The notes beneath the pieces were generated by a model that saw nothing but the letters and a program-made list of their open reading frames with translations, searched no databases and was not told the origin of the DNA. Below are positions 19,395 through 26,658 of a stretch of 30,583 bases of DNA, in pieces. The position numbers and the translations under genes are program-made. This DNA is from a virus (Duplodnaviria > Caudoviricetes), in the IMG/VR virus record IMGVR_UViG_3300025358_000032, positions 1-30,583 of that record. One strand, given 5' to 3'. Position 1 is the first letter of the stretch. Each line of letters opens with the position of its first letter.

Positions 19395-19661
19395 ATGAAT
19401 ACTATAAACATAAATAAAATGAATATGACTAAATCAGTATATGACATAGCCTTTGAACAAGGTTTAAATGCGTTTCGCAAATTATCAGCATCAGACAGAA
19501 AATATGCAGATTCACGTCATTTTAATCCATATAATGACGGTCAGCCTTTAAACAGTGAAGTAAGCTATCAAGAGCTATCAAGTCAGTTTAATGATGGTTG
19601 GTTTGAAGCACAATGCGAACTGGCACAGTTGCAAGAGGATCGGTTCGATGAACAGTTCTAA
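19395..19661 (+). CDS. Hypothetical early protein
   Basis: First ORF after the promoter; start uncertain (19395 or 19419). Confidence 0.55.
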   Translation: MNTININKMNMTKSVYDIAFEQGLNAFRKLSASDRKYADSRHFNPYNDGQPLNSEVSYQELSSQFNDGWFEAQCELAQLQEDRFDEQF

Positions 19662-19678
19662 CTTATTAAGGCGATAAA

Positions 19679-19894
19679 ATGAAGAACAAACTTACTATTA
19701 CAGATATGCACTTCACTGTAAAAAGTGATGATCATGTGTTCGTAGCAACGCATTACGCTCAAGATTGTTTTACGGTATCAGTTACAAAGCCAATCAACTC
19801 TATGGGTTGGCCTACATTAAATAACAAACAGGTACGTGAACTTATTAATTTCTTACAATCTAAACTTAATAAATACAATGAAAAAACTAAATAA
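19679..19894 (+). CDS. Hypothetical protein
   Basis: 71 aa ORF in a packed plus-strand cluster. Confidence 0.55.
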   Translation: MKNKLTITDMHFTVKSDDHVFVATHYAQDCFTVSVTKPINSMGWPTLNNKQVRELINFLQSKLNKYNEKTK

Positions 19895-19976
19895 TGAAGA
19901 TATCAAAGAAATCGTGGGTTCTATATTGTTTTTATCTATAGCACTTGTGGCAGTTTGGTTTATGTTTGCTTTGTAA
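19878..19976 (+). CDS. Small membrane peptide (32 aa)
   Basis: MKKLNNEDIKEIVGSILFLSIALVAVWFMFAL*, below the ORF-track cutoff; single TM helix. Confidence 0.5.
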   Translation: MKKLNNEDIKEIVGSILFLSIALVAVWFMFAL

Positions 19977-19996
19977 TTTAAAAGCCTAAGCAAACT

Positions 19997-20137
19997 ATGA
20001 ACCCTTATGCTGTTTGGGTGCCCACTAACACTGGGCATTATCTATTAACATTCGCTACATTAGATGACGCACATCTATTTGTTATTAAATTTGGTGGTGG
20101 GTTAGAAGTTATACCCAACACGTTTGAAAACTTTTAA
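19997..20137 (+). CDS. Small hypothetical protein (46 aa)
   Basis: MNPYAVWVPTNTGHYLLTFATLDDAHLF...; fills the gap and has an 'F.TL.DA' small-phage-protein motif. Confidence 0.45.
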   Translation: MNPYAVWVPTNTGHYLLTFATLDDAHLFVIKFGGGLEVIPNTFENF

Positions 20138-20172
20138 GTTAATCTACTCTTAACGTATTATCTAAAAATAAA

Positions 20173-20484
20173 ATGAGTCCGTTACAACAAGACAAAGCAA
20201 TAGCCATATTTTGTGGCTGGTATAAAGACAACGATCGTTTATGGCGTAACAGTCACCATGCAGGTTTAATAAGATGGTCTCCACCTGAATATTCTAGCTG
20301 TTTAAATTTGATGCACGATGCTGAGAAATATTTATCAACTGAACAGCAAATCATATATTCAACATACCTTACACCAGGCTATGATTCAGATGAAGATACT
20401 ATGGAAATATTTGCATCTGCTAAACGTAGAGCTGAAGCCTTTTTAAAGACTATTAAAAAATGGAAACCTGCCGACGAATTGTAA
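20173..20484 (+). CDS. Hypothetical protein
   Basis: 'AIAIFCGW...PEYSSCLNLMHDAEK....ASAKRRAEAFLKTI..W' resembles a recurrent small phage family. Confidence 0.6.
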   Translation: MSPLQQDKAIAIFCGWYKDNDRLWRNSHHAGLIRWSPPEYSSCLNLMHDAEKYLSTEQQIIYSTYLTPGYDSDEDTMEIFASAKRRAEAFLKTIKKWKPADEL

Positions 20485-20672
20485 AACATACCGATACAGA
20501 AAGTGAAAGTTATCAACGTATAATCGCACTAATTGAAAAGCATTGTCCAAAGATGATGCGATTAGGTGGTTATTTAAGTAAAGAATTAGAAACTTACTTA
20601 GAAAAAGATAAAGATTTTGATAAACGTATAAAGAATTGGAAAATTAAAAATGAAAACAAAAACAAAAATTAA
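20460..20672 (+). CDS. Hypothetical protein
   Basis: 70 aa ORF bridging its neighbours. Confidence 0.45.
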   Translation: METCRRIVKHTDTESESYQRIIALIEKHCPKMMRLGGYLSKELETYLEKDKDFDKRIKNWKIKNENKNKN

Positions 20673-21042
20673 AACATTAACACCAAAGCAGCATCGTAAA
20701 GCGTTTGATTCACTTAAACGTAAATACAAAAAGTTAGATATAAGCTATAATCTTTTACTTAGTAATTTAGGCGATTTGCATACAACTATGACTGGTTTGC
20801 GTGTAGAGTGCCAAGCCGAGGCAGATCGTAACTTAATGTTAAAATCTGAACTACTACACAGTAAAGAAGAAGCTGCTGACTACATTAAAGTTAACGAGAT
20901 AATACGTGGGCAACTTAGGGTATTACAACAACAGATAGACAATAATGTTTGGTTTGATCCTAAGTGGGGTTGCAAATTCTTTTTTGTTGCAGGTACAAAA
21001 ATGCTTTGGAATAAGGCTAAGACTAAATTTAAACGCAAATGA
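20650..21042 (+). CDS. Hypothetical coiled-coil protein
   Basis: 130 aa, basic ends, heptad-like middle; ATGA-coupled to the MTase. Confidence 0.55.
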   Translation: MKTKTKIKTLTPKQHRKAFDSLKRKYKKLDISYNLLLSNLGDLHTTMTGLRVECQAEADRNLMLKSELLHSKEEAADYIKVNEIIRGQLRVLQQQIDNNVWFDPKWGCKFFFVAGTKMLWNKAKTKFKRK

Positions 21043-21794
21043 AGCCTTATTATGAAGATAATTCAGTTATTATTTATAATGGTAACTGTTTAGATGTAAT
21101 ACCTATTTTAAAACAACCTATCTTTAATGTTACTGTAACTTCACCGCCTTATAACATGAGGTTAAGAGTTAGAGATGGTAAATACGTTAGTCGTGAAAAC
21201 ACCAAGCATTTTTCTAAAAAGTATAAAGACTTTAGTGATGATATGCCTATAGAAGAATATAAATTATTCCATGAAAAAGTCTTGTTTAAATGCCTTACAG
21301 TATCTTCTACTGTATTTTATAATATACAGTTAGTTACTGGCAGTAAAGAAGCGTGGTTTAAAATAATGGGGTTATTTAATGAAAAAATAAAAGATGTAAT
21401 TATTTGGAATAAAGGTTTTGGTCAACCAGCTATGCACGACAACGTACTCAATCGCAGTTATGAGATGATATACGTCATGGAAATGTATGCTAATAAAGGT
21501 AAAGAATTTAGATATTCTAAATTTGATCGTGGTACTATGTCAGATGTTTGGAGATTTGAAAACAAAGCTGAACAATTTGAAGGACATAATGCAGCATTTC
21601 CAATAGATTTACCTATTAAAATAATTGATAATTGGTCTAAACCTAACGATTGGATTCTTGATCCTTTTGGTGGGACTGGTACTACTGCTAGAGCAGCTAA
21701 AGATTTAGGCAGAAAATGTGTAATGATAGAAATTAGCGAAGAATATTGTGAAATAGCAGCTAACAGAATGAAACAGGAGGTATTTAGTTTATGA
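21039..21794 (+). CDS. Orphan DNA amino-methyltransferase (N4-C/N6-A, beta class)
   Basis: Motif IV 'TSPPY' N-terminal, 'H.AAFP..L' and motif I 'ILDPFGGTGTT' C-terminal; no cognate endonuclease nearby. Confidence 0.92.
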   Translation: MKPYYEDNSVIIYNGNCLDVIPILKQPIFNVTVTSPPYNMRLRVRDGKYVSRENTKHFSKKYKDFSDDMPIEEYKLFHEKVLFKCLTVSSTVFYNIQLVTGSKEAWFKIMGLFNEKIKDVIIWNKGFGQPAMHDNVLNRSYEMIYVMEMYANKGKEFRYSKFDRGTMSDVWRFENKAEQFEGHNAAFPIDLPIKIIDNWSKPNDWILDPFGGTGTTARAAKDLGRKCVMIEISEEYCEIAANRMKQEVFSL

Positions 21795-22108
21795 ATCCTG
21801 AACAACAAGAAATTGTATTTGATGGTTTAGAAACCAGACTAGAAAAGAAGTTTAATCAGTTCATAGCTAAAAATCCTAGAATATGGAATTTATTTGTGGA
21901 CTTCACATTTCAAGCTATAAAGCGTGGTCATAAGCATCTATCATCTGATATGATACTTCATCGTATCAGATGGGAGACAACGATTATGACGGTAGGTGCT
22001 CAGTACAAGATTAGTAACGATACTTCACCTTATTTTGCTAGGAAATTTCATAAGGAATACCCTTTGTACGATAATTTCTTTAGAACTAAGAAACTTTCAG
22101 AGTCTTGA
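21791..22108 (+). CDS. Hypothetical phage protein
   Basis: 'F...NPRIW..F....ILHRIRWE.....YKISND..PYFARKF....P....FF'; coupled to the MTase. Confidence 0.6.
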   Translation: MNPEQQEIVFDGLETRLEKKFNQFIAKNPRIWNLFVDFTFQAIKRGHKHLSSDMILHRIRWETTIMTVGAQYKISNDTSPYFARKFHKEYPLYDNFFRTKKLSES

Positions 22109-22139
22109 CCAGCTAGGCCATAGCCTTACAACTTGAGTT

Positions 22140-22355
22140 ATGAGCCTAGATATGAAGTATAACTTCTACGATGTAGTGTATAAACTGACATCACAAGAGC
22201 CTGGGCAGGTTGTAGCCTACATAAACAATCCTGATGGCTCATGGCAGTATGAAGTTGATTTTCAAACTTCAGGTATAGCTAGGCTATGGGAAGGCCAGAT
22301 CACAAAGGACAAACCAGGCTTCGAGATGGCACCTATCGGCGGTGACGAGGCTTAA
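22140..22355 (+). CDS. Small SH3-like hypothetical protein
   Basis: 71 aa beta-rich ('YDVVY...PGQVV.....WQYEVDF'); preceded by TTGACC at 22106. Confidence 0.5.
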   Translation: MSLDMKYNFYDVVYKLTSQEPGQVVAYINNPDGSWQYEVDFQTSGIARLWEGQITKDKPGFEMAPIGGDEA

Positions 22356-22608
22356 CTTTCTTAATTGTATAGAACTTAGTGGCTACGCATCTGTTATTAC
22401 TGCGTATATGCCTATACATTTTACATTCTAGTTCACCACGTATTACCCCACGTTCTAATATGCCTACAGCCTTATCTAGGCTTACTTTAAACTTATGTGC
22501 ATATTCTCTGGCTGATATAGCACCTTCTGGTGGAGTCTCTGGAACTTGAGTCTCGTTAAACTCATTCCACATCTTTTCATAGGAGTCTTTGCCAATAGTA
22601 ACTAGCAT
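22333..22608 (-). CDS. Putative winged-HTH protein
   Basis: 'AISAREYAHKFKVSLDKAVGILERGVIRGEL' has wHTH spacing; overlaps the phosphoesterase stop. Confidence 0.55.
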   Translation of the reverse strand: MLVTIGKDSYEKMWNEFNETQVPETPPEGAISAREYAHKFKVSLDKAVGILERGVIRGELECKMYRHIRSNNRCVATKFYTIKKVKPRHRR

Positions 22609-23420
22609 TGTACAACTTTTGCTTTTGGTGGATTAAAGGATCTAAAGTGTACCTCTGGTAACTCTCCTTCTTTTTTGTTACGCCAATCTAAAATGTATAT
22701 ACTAGGACAAGGTCTGCCGTCTGGTACTACTTTGAACCCAAACCGAGTAAGACCTTGCCATGCACCAGTAACGACTGTGAGACGATTACCATCGCAATAA
22801 TGACCAGTCCTATGGCGGTGAGCACCCACAATAATATTAGGAGGAGTATCGCCCACTCGTACAGCCTCATTAACTGCATTACCCAGTTGGATCGTATGTT
22901 GTGATGCTTCAAGATAACTCCTACTTGTTGTTGGGAAATGATGCCTAACTGACATCAAGTTTCCCATAATATTTAAATCTAGTCTGTCGAAGATCGGGAT
23001 TTGCGTTTCAGGGTTTTTTTCCGCTTTGAAGATTTTACCGAGGACCGTTTCGTACCCTTTGACGTGACATTCAGTTCCTTTGATAAAATAAGATTTTGTG
23101 GCTTTGGCACATACTCCTCCCAATACGGTCTCTGCGATACGGAGATGTTCTCCCTCATTAGGTGTAACGATTTCAATAGTCCTGTGATGGTTTCCTTCAA
23201 TGCAGTCACCATTGACGATAAGGCAATGCGGATCTTTTCCGAGTAACTTTGTTTTGTATTCATGGGCATAAATCCAACATTCCCATAGCCACTTTTGCAA
23301 TGGGTTTTGCTTAATCTCATTACCTTCTTCAGTAACAAAATCAGGAGGCAGTAAGCCTACAGTAGATCCACAATGTAGGTCTGAAATAATAACTGCGGTC
23401 TTAATCTTGGCAGAGGCCAC
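22602..23420 (-). CDS. Calcineurin-like metallophosphoesterase (GTG start)
   Basis: Motifs 'SDLHCG', 'NGDCIEG', 'KGTECH', 'VRHH', 'GAHRH'. Confidence 0.85.
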   Translation of the reverse strand: MASAKIKTAVIISDLHCGSTVGLLPPDFVTEEGNEIKQNPLQKWLWECWIYAHEYKTKLLGKDPHCLIVNGDCIEGNHHRTIEIVTPNEGEHLRIAETVLGGVCAKATKSYFIKGTECHVKGYETVLGKIFKAEKNPETQIPIFDRLDLNIMGNLMSVRHHFPTTSRSYLEASQHTIQLGNAVNEAVRVGDTPPNIIVGAHRHRTGHYCDGNRLTVVTGAWQGLTRFGFKVVPDGRPCPSIYILDWRNKKEGELPEVHFRSFNPPKAKVVQC

Positions 23421-23549
23421 ATTCTAGTGGCTATTAACATTATCTATTTTGTCAATATTTATGTATTTGTTTAATAGTTACAATTAAGTTAATACCTAAT
23501 GTATTATATCTTAAGTAATGTTAAGACTCAATGTATCACATATAATACA

Positions 23550-23656
23550 CTAACCATGAGAGGCTCGAACTCTCATCTTCAGACACCATCTAGAGCTACT
23601 AGTCTGATGTAGTATTATTCATACTCCTGAGATACTTTCCTTTGTACTAATGGTTA
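23550..23656 (-). ncRNA. tRNA-like RNA with a 42-nt structured insert in place of the anticodon loop
   Basis: Acceptor UAACCAU/AUGGUUA + G73, U8A9, D arm GUAC-AAAGGAAA-GUAU, anticodon stem UCAGG/UCUGA, variable AGAU, T arm GAGAG-UUCGAGC-CUCUC; no encoded CCA. Confidence 0.75.
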
Positions 23657-23699
23657 GATATTTTTATTATACACATATTTATATTAAAGTATAGTTTAT

Positions 23700-23912
23700 G
23701 TTATCAGTTCGAGGTATGGGTCCACACTTCACCCCTTGATAGGAGGAAGTGTAGTCATAGCAGATGCCATCAGACTGAGTCGGGGTTGCCAACATACATA
23801 AGCACGCTCGGTATTGTCCTTTTTGACGTATAGCTTATGCCTTCACAGAACTTTCGTTCTACTGGAATTAAGACAGGTGGGTCTAACATTGATCAAGCCT
23901 GTCACCGATAAC
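23700..23912 (-). ncRNA. Putative multibranched structured RNA (~210 nt)
   Basis: Closing stem GUUAUCGGU/ACUGAUAAC enclosing several hairpins; GC-richer island between AT-rich flanks; no credible ORF. Confidence 0.55.
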
Positions 23913-23966
23913 TCTAGAGTTCCGCACCCAGTGGGCTTCGAGCGTCGTCTAGTTTTCTAACTGCAT

Positions 23967-24074
23967 AAAAAGTCCCTAATGCAGCTCGAATCTGCACTAG
24001 GGACATGAGAGTGGAGGGAAATGAAATAAACCTCCAAAAGTGTACTATGTAGATTCGAGCTACTTTAAAGAACA
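23967..24074 (-). promoter_or_regulatory. Attenuator: boxA-like element, hairpin and terminator with complementary loops
   Basis: UGUUCUUUAAA, then GUAG-CUCGAAU-CUAC, then terminator GUCCCUAGUGCAG-AUUCGAG-CUGCAUUAGGGAC-UUUUU. Confidence 0.7.
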
Positions 24075-24129
24075 TTAGCGAACTTGAGAACGAGGGTTTA
24101 TAAATCAATAACTATTTTTACAAATTGTG

Positions 24130-24157
24130 TTGACTGTGTTATACAATGTTATACGTT
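24130..24157 (+). promoter_or_regulatory. Promoter with tandem TGTTATAC operator sites
   Basis: TTGACT-16 nt-TACGTT; spacer GTGTTATACAATGTTATAC repeats the motif seen at 19357 and 27080. Confidence 0.6.
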
Positions 24158-24170
24158 GTTTTACGTTACT

Positions 24171-24353
24171 ATGAAAAAGCCACAAACTAAACGCCATATT
24201 ATTGCCTTTGAATTGTCGGAGGATTCCAAGAAGATGCTTGAATCAACGGCTAAGAAATGCGGTATCAGTACAGGTAAGCTGATCCGATTCATTATAAATG
24301 AAGGCTATGCGGTAGCTGCTGAGAAGCTAACCATTTTGTCAGAAAACAACTAA
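24171..24353 (+). CDS. Ribbon-helix-helix (CopG/Arc-like) regulator
   Basis: 'HIIAFELSEDSKKMLESTAKKCGISTGKLIRFII' fits the RHH pattern; ATG at 24171 preferred over TTG at 24084. Confidence 0.75.
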   Translation: MKKPQTKRHIIAFELSEDSKKMLESTAKKCGISTGKLIRFIINEGYAVAAEKLTILSENN

Positions 24354-24365
24354 ACCCATAAAAAA

Positions 24366-24524
24366 ATGAATAACAAAGTAAATGAAATGCCGTCCTTTGA
24401 TAGCTTCTTTGAAAGCCTACTTAGGACTCAGTTAATAACAACAAGTGATATCAACCAAGATCCTGTTACTTATAAAAAGACAGGTAATGACGTAAACCCA
24501 AATGAGGATATTAAGAATGACTAA
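24366..24524 (+). CDS. Small hypothetical protein (52 aa)
   Basis: MNNKVNEMPSFDSFFESLLRTQL...; overlaps the next start. Confidence 0.45.
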   Translation: MNNKVNEMPSFDSFFESLLRTQLITTSDINQDPVTYKKTGNDVNPNEDIKND

Positions 24525-25284
24525 CGAACTCGCCACAACCACTAACCAAGCACAGTTAAACCACCGCCAAGCTACTGATGTAGCTGGCCTATGCCGTGAT
24601 ATAGTCGTAAAGACTTCTCAGCCCATACAAGGCCGTAAATACGTACGTGTTGAAGGCTGGCAGTCTATTGCAGCAGCACATGGCTGTATAGCCTCAATAG
24701 ATAGTGTGACTGAGACTGACGAAGGCGTTATAGCAGTTGCTTCCCTTCTTGATTCGTCTGGCAATGTAAGGGGCAAAGCAGAGGGCTACGTAGGCAAAGA
24801 TGAAAAGCTCTGGGCAGCACGCCCAAAGTATGCACAGCGTGCTATGGCTCAAACCAGGGCTATTAGTCGTGTGTGTCGTAGTGCTTTCGCTCATGTAGTT
24901 GTATTAATGGATGCAGGGTTGGAAACTACACCAGCAGAAGAAATACCAGTCGAGTCAGAAACACCAGTTGCTGAGGCTAAACCTGTAAAGTCTTATACTC
25001 CAGCACCTAAGCCTGTACAGGAAGTTGCACATACTGAGGCATCAGATGGTGAATCATGGCGTACTGCTATAATACATTTTGGTAAAAACAAAGGTAAGGC
25101 TTTAGGTTATTTACCAGAGAATACGCTAAGATGGTATCAAAACGAATGGCAGCCACAACCTTGGCAAGGCGAGATGAAAACATCAGATTTAGAACTACGT
25201 GCAGCACTTGACGCTTCAATGGGTAAGACCGCCACACAAGAAGAAGTAAACCTAGATGAAGAAGTTGGTGAAGTACCGTTCTAA
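24517..25284 (+). CDS. Putative single-strand annealing/recombination protein with FGK..G C-terminal domain and acidic PF tail
   Basis: 'IQGRKYVRVEGW' and 'AMAQTRAISR..R' SSAP-like core; 'IHFGKNKGKALGYLP...LRWY' domain; ends DEEVGEVPF; neighbours gp157 and RusA. Confidence 0.65.
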   Translation: MTNELATTTNQAQLNHRQATDVAGLCRDIVVKTSQPIQGRKYVRVEGWQSIAAAHGCIASIDSVTETDEGVIAVASLLDSSGNVRGKAEGYVGKDEKLWAARPKYAQRAMAQTRAISRVCRSAFAHVVVLMDAGLETTPAEEIPVESETPVAEAKPVKSYTPAPKPVQEVAHTEASDGESWRTAIIHFGKNKGKALGYLPENTLRWYQNEWQPQPWQGEMKTSDLELRAALDASMGKTATQEEVNLDEEVGEVPF

Positions 25285-25589
25285 TGCAGCTAAGACCTAC
25301 AACGTTATTAGCCTACTTCGTCATAGGTCGTAAAAATCAGGAACTACTAGCCCAAAGATTCTCTGAAAACTATGACGAAGCTAGGGCTGCTGCTGCCAAA
25401 CTTGGAGGCGTTGTAACCAATGCCTCTAGGTTACGGTGGTTAGGGAATAAAGTCGAAGTATTAGAGAACGCAGACAGAGGCCGTAAGGCCATACAAAGAG
25501 TATATGTAAACGATAAAAAATTAATTAAAGGATTTAAAAAAAATGAAATTATACGAAACAACAATCGAGTTAGAAAAACTATGGAATGA
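25284..25589 (+). CDS. Hypothetical protein
   Basis: 101 aa ORF coupled by TAATG overlap. Confidence 0.5.
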   Translation: MQLRPTTLLAYFVIGRKNQELLAQRFSENYDEARAAAAKLGGVVTNASRLRWLGNKVEVLENADRGRKAIQRVYVNDKKLIKGFKKNEIIRNNNRVRKTME

Positions 25590-26067
25590 AGCCAGTGCTA
25601 TAATCGAATACGGTTCTGATCAAGTTGCTGATGAAGCAATATTACGTGATATAGAATCTAAGATGAAGCTCGTTGAGTCTGAGCAAAAATCATTAGGACT
25701 CCACATTGCTACATTGATTAAAAACCAACGTGCAGAAACTAAAGCTTTAGAAGAAGAACTTGATAAACTTAAAGCCAGAGTAGAAAGATCTACAAAAAAA
25801 GAACAATGGTTAACCAGCTATTTACAAACATTCATATCTGCTGGTACTAAGTTATCAGATCCTAGAGCTACGATTAGCTGGAGAAAGTCTAAGTCAGTTG
25901 AAGTATTAATTGATGTAGAAGATCTGCCACTTAGGTATCAGAAGATTAAAATCACAAGAAATCCTGATAAGATTTTTATCAAGGAAGTTCTCGAGGTCGG
26001 TGATCCACAAAATGAATTAGAAGGTAAAGCAAAGCTCATTGAAAAAGATAATATACAAATTAAATGA
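25543..26067 (+). CDS. Siphovirus gp157 family protein
   Basis: 'MKLYE', coiled coil, 'ISWRKSKSVEV....LP..Y......PDK..IKE.L......GKA.L....NIQIK'. Confidence 0.85.
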   Translation: MKLYETTIELEKLWNEASAIIEYGSDQVADEAILRDIESKMKLVESEQKSLGLHIATLIKNQRAETKALEEELDKLKARVERSTKKEQWLTSYLQTFISAGTKLSDPRATISWRKSKSVEVLIDVEDLPLRYQKIKITRNPDKIFIKEVLEVGDPQNELEGKAKLIEKDNIQIK

Positions 26068-26381
26068 GTCTTTCAAAACACATGAGAGAATATTTCGGAC
26101 GGCAAATCCGAAAACATAACCTCACAAAAATAGGACCTTGGGATGGTAATCAATTTGAGTACCATCTCAAAGCTGCAATTAAATCTTACGATGAGGCTAA
26201 GAAGGCTTCTATAGCTACCCAGAACCAAGCATTAATTAAAGTTATGGCTTTGATTGAGCCTAAGAACTGGGAAGCAGTATGTGAAAAAGATCCAGAACTA
26301 GCAGGACTCGTAAGATATGAATGGAGCAGATTAACCCCAACAGATAAAAAACTTATAACAATTAAAATGCAGTCGTTATGA
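26064..26381 (+). CDS. Hypothetical protein
   Basis: 105 aa, ATGA-coupled. Confidence 0.55.
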   Translation: MSLSKHMREYFGRQIRKHNLTKIGPWDGNQFEYHLKAAIKSYDEAKKASIATQNQALIKVMALIEPKNWEAVCEKDPELAGLVRYEWSRLTPTDKKLITIKMQSL

Positions 26382-26515
26382 ACTATGGAAATACAGATAC
26401 CCACGTACCCAAATATGTAGCAGAAAAGAATGAACAGGATGCAAAGATTAAAGGCTTTATGCTTGGCCTAATAATCGGTGCGGTACTTTCATACCTTTTC
26501 ACGTTAGTAAAATGA
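26378..26515 (+). CDS. Small membrane protein (45 aa)
   Basis: MNYGNTD...KGFMLGLIIGAVLSYLFTLVK*; ATGA overlaps on both sides. Confidence 0.55.
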   Translation: MNYGNTDTHVPKYVAEKNEQDAKIKGFMLGLIIGAVLSYLFTLVK

Positions 26516-26658
26516 ATCTATCCTACACAGAAAGATTTATTATTATTGTTGGGATAACTATCTCGGTAGTTATCCTTTCAATAGGCACAAGTTATTACAT
26601 AGCTCATCACCAGCCTGTAATTAACTTTAATTTACAAAACAAAAAACCTAATCAATGA
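26512..26658 (+). CDS. Small membrane protein (48 aa)
   Basis: MNLSYTERFIIIVGITISVVILSIGTSYY...; ATGA overlaps on both sides. Confidence 0.55.
   Translation: MNLSYTERFIIIVGITISVVILSIGTSYYIAHHQPVINFNLQNKKPNQ

Noticed and set aside
23588-23596. CUCUAGA in the tRNA-like insert read as an amber suppressor, implying stop-codon recoding
   Set aside because: No valid anticodon stem flanks it, long genes are intact under code 11, and TAG serves as an apparent stop (e.g. 22602).
23700-23912. Group I intron, hammerhead, RNase P or tmRNA identity for the structured RNA
   Set aside because: GACUA/UAGUC-like segments are in the wrong order for P7, CUGAUGG is not the hammerhead CUGAnGA core, and no RNase P P4 or tmRNA Ala acceptor signature is visible.
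23914-24108. 64-aa minus-strand ORF
   Set aside because: Its TTG start coincides with the candidate -35 box and it runs through the attenuator hairpins; better explained as regulatory RNA.
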